Shown: positions 30,827 through 40,013 of the stretch, in pieces
Numbering within the stretch: the first letter of the stretch is position 1
Layout of the letters: each line of letters begins with the position of its first letter
Assembly: GCA_963804995.1 (NCBI GenBank)
Contig: CAWDSK010000005.1
Span: forward strand, 992,001-1,056,000
Length of the DNA stretch: 64,000 bases
Direction of reading: 5' to 3'
DNA from: an uncultured Acidobacteriota bacterium
Lineage (GTDB): Bacteria; Acidobacteriota; Terriglobia; UBA7540
Notes under the pieces: generated by a model
The model's database searches: none
The model's input: only the letters and a program-made list of their open reading frames with translations
What the model was told of the DNA's origin: nothing
Program-made: the position numbers and the translations under genes

Positions 30827-30984
30827 GCCCGGAATTTTCGCCAGGGAGGAGTCTTGGTGAAAACCTCCCCCCACTCCCAGTAGCGGCGTAAACCCGTCCT
30901 GGCTTGTCCAAATTACGCTCAGAGGGGTGAGTAACGATCTGCGGCGCCGCCGCTTGTTGCCATAAAAAGCTCCCCTCCTCAGAT

Positions 30985-31083
30985 GAGGCTGTCTCAAAAC
31001 TAGGTATTTCTGACTTTTGCACAGCGTAAGTTATTGATTATTCGTCGTAAAAACCGTGAATTTGCCAGTTTTGAGACAGCCTC
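30985..31083. mobile_element. 99-bp MITE with IS1182-like ends and 4-bp target duplication
   Basis: Perfect 17-bp IRs GAGGCTGTCTCAAAACT/AGTTTTGAGACAGCCTC. AGAT is duplicated on both sides and sits in the loop of the hairpin CCCCTCCTC-AGAT-GAGGAGGGG. Confidence 0.8.
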
Positions 31084-31241
31084 AGATGAGGAGGGGTGGC
31101 GCGCCGAGCCCCGATAGCGCGTTCTTTCCAAATTGATCATCGGGGCCGCGCGCCGGGGTGGTGTTGGGAGTTGCGTCAAGCCACCCGGTGGGAGGCCCCC
31201 CAACGCGCTCCGCGATTTGCCTCATCCTTGGCGTCGATCCT

Positions 31242-31790
31242 ACCGATAACCGATAAGGGAAAGTGTGTCACGGCGAAGTCTGGAAATGGGGAGAGGGCGC
31301 GATCCGGTGATCGGGCCATTGAGTCATCGGGTGATTTTTTGATTTTCAAGCTTCGTGCCGACTTTAAGTTCATGTTCGTATGCCCACCGACCGATAACCG
31401 ATACGGGAAAGTGTGTCACGGCGGGGCCGGCAATTTTCGATTGCCGATTTTCGATTGGGACGTTAGTCCGGGGGACTTGTGATTGGCGATTTTCGAAGTC
31501 AGTATTTGATTCATCTTCTTACCTGACACCACCAGTGTCACGGCGGGGGCGGGGAGCGGGGTTCGGCGTTAGGGATTGGGGACTTGGGGCTGGGGACTAA
31601 CGGTGCGCTGTCGGTTGTGAGCTGTCAGCCCGAGGTAGGGTGTCAGGGCCGGGTCAGGTCGGTTGAGGGGTCAAGTTGCTCGTCACGGGCCACGCAATTG
31701 GCCTCATGTTCGGGTATCAACCCACCGATAACCGATATGGGGGAGTGTCACGGGGGGGAGAGATTCAGGGTTCGGGACTCGGGATTTGGG
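31242..31790. repeat. Irregular tandem array of a ~34-bp motif with 7-8-mer repeat tracts
   Basis: ACCGATAACCGATAnGGG(AAA)GTGTGTCACGGCG at 31242, 31390 and 31724 (variant), plus a partial copy at 31525-31548. Confidence 0.8.
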
Positions 31791-32077
31791 CCTGAGCGCG
31801 CCCCTACTTTAGTGGCGGTCTACGACCGTCGGGGTGGTGCTGATCGTGGCGGCAAGCCGCGCGGATAACCACCCTGTTACCATCAGGTGCTCGCGTAACC
31901 ACCCCGTCGCCTCCGGCGCCACCCCTCCTAAATTAGGAGGGGAGTTCTTAAAAACACTCCCCTCGTCAGGAGGGGAGGAGGGAGAAAATGCCGGTTCGGC
32001 CCCGGAAGGGCAGAGCCCTTCCGCACAGCGAACGGCGGAGCCGCTTGCTGTTGTGAAAATTGGTGCACCGAACGCAG

Positions 32078-32182
32078 CTTGGAGTGCGGTAGCAGCAGCT
32101 ACCGCCCTTCTTCTTCCGCGCCTTGCCTATTTGCCGTCTAGAGTGAAGGCGGAAGGCGGTAGCTGCTGCTATCGCACTCCAA
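32078..32182. repeat. REP-like inverted repeat pair
   Basis: TTGGAGTGCGGTAGCAGCAGCTACCGCC ... GGCGGTAGCTGCTGCTATCGCACTCCAA. Confidence 0.7.
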
Positions 32183-32466
32183 GGGGCGGCGCCAAGCATT
32201 ACCAGGACGCCATTTCTTCACTTCGAATAGTCGCAATTCTTTCGATTCCGAAGTCAATACCGCGACGTACGATTTGGGTTACCAGCAGCCCAATAATGCA
32301 TGAAAGGGCGACTAATTGTCACTGATTCCTCTGTTGACAGCGGTCCGATGCCCGATTGTTGCACATGGACGTCCGCCGCGACCTGTGAAGTCCCGGCCTT
32401 CCCAATTGCCTTGAAATCCTATATTAGACCAACTACCCGATTCACAAAGACGAATCACAAAAAACC

Positions 32467-32540
32467 TTGACAACCACCCCATAAATCATGTATCAATGGC
32501 GCATAATTGTAGGATAGGTCGGATAATTTAGGACAAGGTG
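32467..32540 (+). promoter_or_regulatory. Possible sigma70 promoter with downstream direct-repeat operator for the second TonB receptor
   Basis: TTGACA at 32467, AT-rich -10 region, then ATAATTGTAGGATA / ATAATTTAGGACA direct repeats. Confidence 0.4.
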
Positions 32541-32661
32541 ATTGGCGGTTAGCAAAAGGAAGTCTGCTTGCGGCAATTGTATTACTAGCATCACTTCACG
32601 GCCAACTTTGGTCGTCTGCTCATCAAGCGTCGGGTCCATCTAAATAAATGGAGGCTGATCT

Positions 32662-35600
32662 ATGCATCGTGAATCTCAGTGTGAGATGAGGCGCCGGGGT
32701 ATCTCTCCGGCAGGCGCCATCCTAAACGCGTGCTTGCTGATCCTGGCCGTGGTTTTGTGCTTGCCGGTCGTGGGATTGGCGCAGGATGCGACGCTGGTAG
32801 GCGCAGTAACCGATCCCACCGGGGCGGCCGTCCCTTCTGCCAAGGTGGAGGTTTCGAATCCCAGCAAGGCTTACACCCGCGAACTGGTGACGAACTCTGC
32901 GGGTGAATACACCGCCGCCGCGATTCCCATCGGCGACTACGTCATCACTACGGAAGCCCCGGGCTTTCAAAAGCTGGTGCGCACCGGAATCACTCTTCAG
33001 GTAGGCCAAACCCTACGCCTGGACCTGCAACTGACTTTAGGCGCGACCACCCAGGAAATCTCCGTCAGCGGCAGCGCCGTGAAAGTTGAAACGGAGAATG
33101 CGACAGTTTCCGATGTAGTCAGCGGCAGCCAGATCCAGGATCTGACCCTGGTGGGGCGCAACTATCAAACGCTCGCCATCCTTACCCCCGGCGGCGCCCC
33201 CGAGGATGGTTGGGACCCGACGAAGCTGGGGCATAACTCCCAAGCCGCCATTTCCTTCAATGGCACCCGCGATTATTACAACAACTTCGAAGTTGAGGGG
33301 GGCCAGAACAACGATACCACCAGTGGCGGCCCCTCACCCGATACCTTTCCCGCCCTTGACTCCATCGCGGAGTTCCGCATTTCCACCTCGGACTACGGGG
33401 CAAACGTCGGCATGCGCGCCGGCGCCAACATCCAGGTGATTACCAAGTCGGGGACCAGGGATTTCCACGGTACCGCCGACGAGTTTGTTCGTAATGACCA
33501 CATGGACGCCAACGACTGGTTCGTGAACCGGCAATTAGCTCCGCCGGGCGGAAACGCACCCAAGACCCCCCTGAAGTGGAATATCTTCGGCTACACTTTC
33601 GGCGGGCCGTTCTACATCCCGGACCATTACAACACCGATAAGTCCAAGACGTTCTTCTTCTGGTCGGAAAGCTGGGCCAAGTACCGGCAGGGGACGATCA
33701 TCTCCAATAATGTGCCCACGCTGCGCATGCGGCAGGGCGATTTCAGTGAATGCGATCCTGTGACCGGCATCCTCGCCGCCTCGTGCAAGGTGCCGGTGGT
33801 GAACGGTGTGCCCACGGAAATGGTTTCCATCGATCCCAATGCCCAAGCCATACTGAGCTCGTTGGTTCCGCTGCCTAACAATGGCATCGATGGTTACTTG
33901 AGGTCGCCCAGCACGCCGACCAACTGGCGGCAGGAACAAATCCGCGTGGACCAGAATATCAACGACAAGACAACGGCGTTCTTCCGGTGGACCCAGGATA
34001 CCTGGGGCCAAAACCTCTTGCCTGCCCTTTGGACGGGTGGCAGCTACGACTCGATCGAGAGCCCTTGGGGGGTCCCGGCCAAGAACGTCGTGTTTCACCT
34101 GACGCGCACGTTCAAGCCCAACCTGATGAACGAGTTCATCTTTGCGTATGGGAATGACCCGCACGTGATTCATGTCACGGCCGGCCCGGGCTCGCCCTCG
34201 GGTTCGATCCTGAAGCCTTCCACCTGGAGCGTGACGCCCATCTTTGCCGCCAACAAGGTCTTGACACCTGCAAATATCCTCCCCGACAACAATGTGAGCG
34301 GTGGGGTGCCGTTTAGCTGGGGCGAGACCTTCGGTCAGGACAACGGCTATACCAACACGCTGGAAACCTTTACCATGAAGGACAATGTTGTGTACACAGT
34401 GGGAAGGCACACCTTAAAGACGGGTGTCTTCGTTCTTTCCTACTATGGTGCCAGCATCCTCAACTACACCGATCCCCAAGGCATTTTCTATTTTACGGGC
34501 GGAGGGTTTCCCGGTTCCACGGGCAACGGGCTCGCGGACATGTACCTGGGCCGCATCACGTCGTACCAGGAAGGGACGCCTTGGAACTACACCAACGGGA
34601 CGGCCCTGGGTGGCTTGGGGCGAGACCGAGAACGCTTTAAGCAGTTCGAGGCTTACTTCCAGGATGATTGGAAGGTCACTCGCCGGCTGACCCTGAATCT
34701 GGGAATGCGCTACAGCCTGAACCAGATGTTTCACAACATCAGAAAAGATCCCATTATCGATGTGGACTTTATTCCCAGCCAGTACGATCCCAGCAAGGCC
34801 GCGCAGGTTGACATCAACGGTAACCTGATTCCCGGCACGGGCCAATTCTACACGACACCCGGGAACGGGCTTGTGGTCTGCGGGCAGGGAGGACTTCCCA
34901 CCGGGTGCATTTGGCCGGATCGTTTCACTTGGCAGCCGCGCTTCGGTTTTGCCTATGACCCCACGGGCAAGGGGAAGACGGCCATTCGTGGAGGATTTGG
35001 GCTCTACCACGACTTGAACGCGCTCCAGGAGACCAGTTCGGAGCAAAACACGGGCGGTCTGCCCGCCGTCCTGAGCCCGATCAACTATAACCTGATCGGG
35101 TATCAGAGCATTGTCCAGGGCCCCTGGCCTGTCACCAGCACCACGGCCTATGCGACCAGAGCTGCCATACCCATGATCATGCAGTACAACGTGACCTTGC
35201 AGCATGAGTTCTCAGGCAATAACTTTCTGAGTGTAGCCTGGGTGGGTACCCTGGGGCGTCATCTGGGATCCGCGCGCGACATCAATCAAATCCCCGATGG
35301 CATTGGGACGGTGAATGCGCCGGCTCTGGCGGGATCGGGAGGATATTGCGATGTTAACGGCAACTGCGACGTGCAGAATACCTTGATCAACCAGCTTCAC
35401 CCGAGTTTCTACTTCCGACACTTCCAAGACTTCAGCAGCGTCCGCTACCTGGAGTACTCGGCCGTTTCCAACTACAACTCCCTCCAAGTCAATTTCCGCC
35501 ATACCACCGGGTATGGTCTTACCTTCCAGGCGGCTTACACGTACTCGCACGCTATGGACACCACCACCAGTTATAACGGGAACCACGGGATAGACAACAT

Positions 35601-36279
35601 GCACCTGCCCCGGTTTTACGCCACGGGCGACAGCAACCGCACTCACGTGCTGATTATGAATTACGTCTACGCCTTGCCGTTCTTCAAGAACTCCACCAGC
35701 GGGTTCCTGCGGAATGGGTTGGGGGGATGGAAGTTCAGCGGGATCACCAGCTTCTACACTGGAGTTCCGCAGGACATCACGTGCGGGGTCAGCGGGTACA
35801 GCTCCGGAATCGGCAGGGGTATCCAGTGCAACACCTTGGGGCCGCTCAAAATCCAGAAGGGTACGCTTAACGATCAGCAGTTTGGCCCCACCAAGACCTG
35901 GTTCAACCCGTCCATGATTGCGCAGCCCCTTATGTCGCAACTTCGCGCCGACGGTGAGTCGGGTATGTTCGGCTACATGGGCCGAAACGTCCTGACGGGC
36001 CCTGGCGTGAACAACTTTGACCTGGCTTTACTGAAGGATTGGCAGACCCCCTGGTTTAAGGGTGAACACTCAACCTTGCAGTTCCGCTTAGAAACGTTCA
36101 ACACCTTCAACCACCCGCAGTGGGTCGGCATTAGTTATGGCTGCAGCAGTTCAACAACGTTTGGCGGTTCGTGCGGTGACAACACAGGCTTGCTCAATTC
36201 CGCTAATTACCAAAACGGCGAAGTTTCATCGGCACGGTCTCCACGCCTCGTGCAGGTGGGGATGAAGTTTAGCTTCTAG
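32662..36279 (+). CDS. TonB-dependent receptor, Oar-like (paralog of 16963-20589)
   Basis: GAVTDPTGAAVP, SIAEFRISTSDY, TKSGTRDFHG, QDDWKVTRRLTLNLG, PRFGFAYDP, C-terminal PRLVQVGMKFSF. Confidence 0.92.
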   Translation: MHRESQCEMRRRGISPAGAILNACLLILAVVLCLPVVGLAQDATLVGAVTDPTGAAVPSAKVEVSNPSKAYTRELVTNSAGEYTAAAIPIGDYVITTEAPGFQKLVRTGITLQVGQTLRLDLQLTLGATTQEISVSGSAVKVETENATVSDVVSGSQIQDLTLVGRNYQTLAILTPGGAPEDGWDPTKLGHNSQAAISFNGTRDYYNNFEVEGGQNNDTTSGGPSPDTFPALDSIAEFRISTSDYGANVGMRAGANIQVITKSGTRDFHGTADEFVRNDHMDANDWFVNRQLAPPGGNAPKTPLKWNIFGYTFGGPFYIPDHYNTDKSKTFFFWSESWAKYRQGTIISNNVPTLRMRQGDFSECDPVTGILAASCKVPVVNGVPTEMVSIDPNAQAILSSLVPLPNNGIDGYLRSPSTPTNWRQEQIRVDQNINDKTTAFFRWTQDTWGQNLLPALWTGGSYDSIESPWGVPAKNVVFHLTRTFKPNLMNEFIFAYGNDPHVIHVTAGPGSPSGSILKPSTWSVTPIFAANKVLTPANILPDNNVSGGVPFSWGETFGQDNGYTNTLETFTMKDNVVYTVGRHTLKTGVFVLSYYGASILNYTDPQGIFYFTGGGFPGSTGNGLADMYLGRITSYQEGTPWNYTNGTALGGLGRDRERFKQFEAYFQDDWKVTRRLTLNLGMRYSLNQMFHNIRKDPIIDVDFIPSQYDPSKAAQVDINGNLIPGTGQFYTTPGNGLVVCGQGGLPTGCIWPDRFTWQPRFGFAYDPTGKGKTAIRGGFGLYHDLNALQETSSEQNTGGLPAVLSPINYNLIGYQSIVQGPWPVTSTTAYATRAAIPMIMQYNVTLQHEFSGNNFLSVAWVGTLGRHLGSARDINQIPDGIGTVNAPALAGSGGYCDVNGNCDVQNTLINQLHPSFYFRHFQDFSSVRYLEYSAVSNYNSLQVNFRHTTGYGLTFQAAYTYSHAMDTTTSYNGNHGIDNMHLPRFYATGDSNRTHVLIMNYVYALPFFKNSTSGFLRNGLGGWKFSGITSFYTGVPQDITCGVSGYSSGIGRGIQCNTLGPLKIQKGTLNDQQFGPTKTWFNPSMIAQPLMSQLRADGESGMFGYMGRNVLTGPGVNNFDLALLKDWQTPWFKGEHSTLQFRLETFNTFNHPQWVGISYGCSSSTTFGGSCGDNTGLLNSANYQNGEVSSARSPRLVQVGMKFSF

Positions 36280-36308
36280 TTTTGTTGCTTCGAGAAGTCT
36301 TTCTTGAC

Positions 36309-36346
36309 ACCCCGGGCGCGCTAGTCAGCGCGTCCGGGGTTTTTTT
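36309..36346 (+). terminator. Rho-independent terminator
   Basis: ACCCCGGGCGCGCT-AGTC-AGCGCGTCCGGGGT followed by a T run. Confidence 0.85.
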
Positions 36347-36383
36347 GTTCCCAATAACTTAGCTTGGAATTCTCACCACGGTT

Positions 36384-36693
36384 CTGGAAGGGCGGGGGTT
36401 GTGGTTTTTGAATTTATAAGTTGTAAACTGTTTCAGCGCCCTGCGGGTGTAAGTAACCCCTCATCCGGCCTCCTACGTCAGCCACCTTCTCCCCTGGGGA
36501 GAAGGCTATTATCTAGGCTGGTTACGGTGCGGCACCTTACCTTGAGTAACCGCCCTCTCCGAGGGGAGAGGGTGGACCGCAGCCGGCGTTTTCATCAGCC
36601 GGGGCGGGACGGGTGAGGGGTCACTTGGGGGTTCGGGGCGTGTGAGAATTCTACAAGTTAGGATTTCAAAAACCATTAGCCCCGCCCTTCCAG
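36384..36693. mobile_element. About 310-bp MITE-like composite repeat; right half repeated at 49607-49740
   Basis: Imperfect terminal IRs CTGGAAGGGCGGGGTTGTGGTTTTTGAA / TTCAAAAACCATTAGCCCCGCCCTTCCAG enclosing CCCTCTCC hairpins. Confidence 0.65.
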
Positions 36694-36809
36694 CCGCTCG
36701 AGGAAAAGGGTTTCACCTGGTTCGAAATCCGGGTCAAGGGTTTAGTGCAGCACGGTTGTTGCGGTCCTGACCGGCTCCGCCGTATGATGGTGCACGAGGG
36801 ATCTGAGGA

Positions 36810-37988
36810 ATGAAGAAAGCGCTCAAGGCAATGGGGCTCGCGTTGGCGGGAGGCCTGTTCATGGTGGCGGCCGGGACTCCGCAGCAGCCCTCACCCGATC
36901 CTAAAACCATCTTCGAGGCAGCCCAACAAGCCCTGGTGGCTCACGATTATCCCAAAGCAGAGCAAGGTTTCCGCGAGGTCATCAGGATTGATCCCCAATC
37001 GGTGGGCGCTTGGTCAAATCTGGGTGTGGTGTACATGCGCCAAGGCAAGTATGACGCCGCCATTGAGTCTTTCAATCATGCCAAAAAGCTGGCGCCACAG
37101 ATGCCCGGGATCGATCTGAATCTGGGTCTTGCCTACTACCACAAACACGACTTCACCAAGGCCATCCCCGTCTTTGAGCGGGTGCTTCGCTCCGACCCCC
37201 AGCATGCGCAGGCGCGCTACCTGCTGGGCATCAGCTACTTTATGGAAGATGATTTTGACCGCACCGTCTCGACGCTCGCGCCTCTCCTGAGCAGCGAGAA
37301 AGAAAATTTGGATTTTCTTTTTGTGCTGGGGATCGCCTATGGAAAGTCCCAACACGAGGAGGAATCACGCCAGACTTTTGCGCAGTTGGTCGAGGCGGGT
37401 GGTGACACGGCGCATATGCACTTGCTGCTGGGCAAGGCATACCTTGATCTCTTTTGGAACTTAAAGGCGGAGACCGAGCTCCAACGCACCGTCGCGCTCG
37501 ACCCCAAGCTGCCCTTCGGTCATTACGACCTCGGTGTGGTTTACGAGCGGGAAGGGAAATTGGACCAAGCCGCCACGGAGTTCAAGCAGGAAATGGAGGT
37601 CATGCCCAGGGAGCCTTGGAGTTATCAAGACCTGGGGACGGTATACCTCGAGCAGGGCAATCCCGATTCTGCCCTTGAGATGTTTCGCAAGGCCCTGGCC
37701 ATCAGCAGCGAACTTCCCGCCTCGCTGGAGGGAATCGGGAAGGCGTACCTGCACAAGGGACAACCCGCCGAAGCTATTCCCTACTTCCAGAAAGCTCTCA
37801 AGTTCCATCCGGACAATTCCAAGCTGCACTTCCAGTTGGGCCAGGCCTATCTGAAGAGCGGGCAGCGGGAGAAGGGACAGCAGGAAATTGCCGAGGCGGA
37901 TAGGCTCAAGGCCCTGGCGCGGAAAAAGCAGGAAGATCAGCTTTCTGGGAAATTGCCAGCTTCCGAAGCCCCCGGCGAAAAGCCGTAG
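36810..37988 (+). CDS. Tetratricopeptide repeat protein, secreted
   Basis: Signal peptide and repeated helical TPR motifs (AWSNLGVVY, NLGLAYY, HYDLGVVY, HFQLGQAY). Confidence 0.88.
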   Translation: MKKALKAMGLALAGGLFMVAAGTPQQPSPDPKTIFEAAQQALVAHDYPKAEQGFREVIRIDPQSVGAWSNLGVVYMRQGKYDAAIESFNHAKKLAPQMPGIDLNLGLAYYHKHDFTKAIPVFERVLRSDPQHAQARYLLGISYFMEDDFDRTVSTLAPLLSSEKENLDFLFVLGIAYGKSQHEEESRQTFAQLVEAGGDTAHMHLLLGKAYLDLFWNLKAETELQRTVALDPKLPFGHYDLGVVYEREGKLDQAATEFKQEMEVMPREPWSYQDLGTVYLEQGNPDSALEMFRKALAISSELPASLEGIGKAYLHKGQPAEAIPYFQKALKFHPDNSKLHFQLGQAYLKSGQREKGQQEIAEADRLKALARKKQEDQLSGKLPASEAPGEKP

Positions 37989-38017
37989 CCGGGAAAATGC
38001 CGGTTGGTTGTGCTGAA

Positions 38018-38111
38018 AGCGCCTTGGACTGCGGCGGCTCGACGCCGCTTTGAATTAACGCGCAGGGAGAAAACTTAAAGCGGCAGCTTCGCGGCCGCAG
38101 TCCAAAGCGCT
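38018..38111. repeat. Inverted repeat between convergent genes (REP-like, possible bidirectional terminator)
   Basis: GCGCCTTGGACTGCGGC ... GCCGCAGTCCAAAGCGC. Confidence 0.6.
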
Positions 38112-38127
38112 TTGCGCATGTTAAGGA

Positions 38128-39900
38128 TTATCGAAACCGCTCAGTCTTGACGATGCCGCGCCCTTCCTGAACCGTCAGGAACTGGTTGGCCTCCATACTC
38201 CCCACGCGATCGACCGCCCCACTGGGCCATTGGACCTCGAGCTGATCGACCTTGGCAGCCGCGCCGAGGCCGAAGTGCTGACGCAGGTCACTTTGGGAGA
38301 TATAACTCGATCCGCTCATAACTTCCCGAACCTGCCGCCGGCCAGATGCCGTCAGAATTACTCGGGCGCCAATCGCGGAGCGGTTCGAACGCGTGCCCAG
38401 GAGTTTCACACTCAGCCAGTGGTTGCCACTATGATTCTGGTTGCGCAGAAGGGAAGGCGGCTCGCTCTGATTCATGATCAGGACATCCACGTTGCCATCG
38501 TTGTCGAAATCGCCGAAGGCACAGCCGCGGCTGGCGTGAGGTTCGAGAACCGCAGGCCCGCATAAATCCGAGACCTCCTCAAAACTTCCGTTCCCCAGGT
38601 TGCGATAGACCACGCGCTGAGTTTTGAATTTGTAGTTGGGGTCGACCTTCTCGGCTTCGGGATATACCGTTCCGGTCACATGGAAGATGTCCAACCAGCC
38701 GTCGTTATCCAGGTCCACAAAATCGACTCCCCAGCACACGTACTGAGTGTTTACGGCCAAGCCCGCGGCGTAGGTCATGTCGTCGAAAAACTCACCCTTC
38801 AGGTTGCGATACAGGATGGGGGTGTCGTCGCTGAAGTGCGGGAGAAAAATATCCAGGTAGCCATCGCCATCGTAATCTCCCACGGCCACGCCCATGTTGG
38901 ATTGCTCCTGGCCGTCGCTGTTGACTGCCACGCCGGACTCCATGGCGCACTCGGTAAAGGTTCCGTCGTGATTGTTGCGGAACAGCAGGTTGGGAGTCGA
39001 GTCGCAGGCTACAAAGAGGTCGGGCCAGCCGTCGTTATTATAGTCAAACGCGGCGGCAGTCAGGCCATAGCGCTCGCCGGGCTTCAGGATACCGGCTTTC
39101 TCAGTAACTTCCGTAAACGTGCCATCACCGTTGTTATGGTAAAGTGCGCAGAATTCCCCCTTGAGCCCCCGGGGACCACAGTTCACAGGTACACCTTTGT
39201 AGTTGCAGTATCGGGTGGCGCCAGCCACCGGGGCCGTCGCGAGATCGATATCAACGTAGTTGGCCACAAATAAATCCAGATGACCGTCGCGGTCGTAATC
39301 GACGAACGTGCAGCCGGAGCTATAGCGAGGAGCCTTCTGGAGCAGCCCCGCTTTCTCCGTGACATCCGTAAAGGTGCCGTCTCCGTTGTTGTGATAGAGG
39401 ACGTTCTTGCCAAAGTAGGTCAAGAACAGATCGTCGTAGCCGTCGTTGTCGTAGTCGCCGATCGAGACACCGTAACCCCAGCCGGTGTGGTGGAGACCGG
39501 CCTTTTCGGTTACATCCGTGAACGTTCCATCCCGATTATTATGATAAAGGTGATTGGTGGGTTCCTGGCCGGCAGGGAAGCGCTCATGCTTCGTGCCGTT
39601 CACCAGGAAGATGTCGAGCCAGCCATCATGGTCGTAATCGTAGAAGGCGATTCCGCCCGTGTTGGCTTCCACGATGTATTTCTTCACATATTCTTCGCCC
39701 TCAACCAGGGGGACGGTAAGGCTGGCACGCGGCGCGGCGTCGACGAAAGTAACAGGAAAGGGTCTGCCGGAGGACTTGGGTCGTGGGGCCGCGCGCACGC
39801 CGCGCGTGGCCATTCCCTGTGCGGACACGCGTAGCGATCTGGGAGCCAGAAGCCCCGCGGCGCCCAGGGTCTCAAGGAATCTTCGACGCGTCCATATCAT
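38128..39900 (-). CDS. CRTAC1/ASPIC-UnbV family protein with FG-GAP repeats, Tat signal
   Basis: TRRRFLE, repeated DYDNDG and LYHNNGDGTFTDVT, C-terminal SNRSAIGARV...HFGLG...VQWPSG. Confidence 0.92.
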   Translation of the reverse strand: MIWTRRRFLETLGAAGLLAPRSLRVSAQGMATRGVRAAPRPKSSGRPFPVTFVDAAPRASLTVPLVEGEEYVKKYIVEANTGGIAFYDYDHDGWLDIFLVNGTKHERFPAGQEPTNHLYHNNRDGTFTDVTEKAGLHHTGWGYGVSIGDYDNDGYDDLFLTYFGKNVLYHNNGDGTFTDVTEKAGLLQKAPRYSSGCTFVDYDRDGHLDLFVANYVDIDLATAPVAGATRYCNYKGVPVNCGPRGLKGEFCALYHNNGDGTFTEVTEKAGILKPGERYGLTAAAFDYNNDGWPDLFVACDSTPNLLFRNNHDGTFTECAMESGVAVNSDGQEQSNMGVAVGDYDGDGYLDIFLPHFSDDTPILYRNLKGEFFDDMTYAAGLAVNTQYVCWGVDFVDLDNDGWLDIFHVTGTVYPEAEKVDPNYKFKTQRVVYRNLGNGSFEEVSDLCGPAVLEPHASRGCAFGDFDNDGNVDVLIMNQSEPPSLLRNQNHSGNHWLSVKLLGTRSNRSAIGARVILTASGRRQVREVMSGSSYISQSDLRQHFGLGAAAKVDQLEVQWPSGAVDRVGSMEANQFLTVQEGRGIVKTERFR

Positions 39901-40013
39901 ATGTTCAGGTTTGTGGGGGGACGGCTTGGCACCCCCTTGTCACGTTCTGCCACCGCGCGGCAGGTTGCGTTTTTCTCCCCCGCGGCGAGGGTAGGGCAAG
40001 CCCGACCCCTACG

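Noticed and set aside
31242..31755. CRISPR array
   Set aside because: Repeat length fits, but the spacers are over 100 bp and irregular, the repeats diverge and there are no cas genes. Kept as an unexplained array.
30613..32660. ORFs of 60-160 aa in this interval as conventional genes
   Set aside because: Low-complexity, repeat-derived translations with no family motifs.
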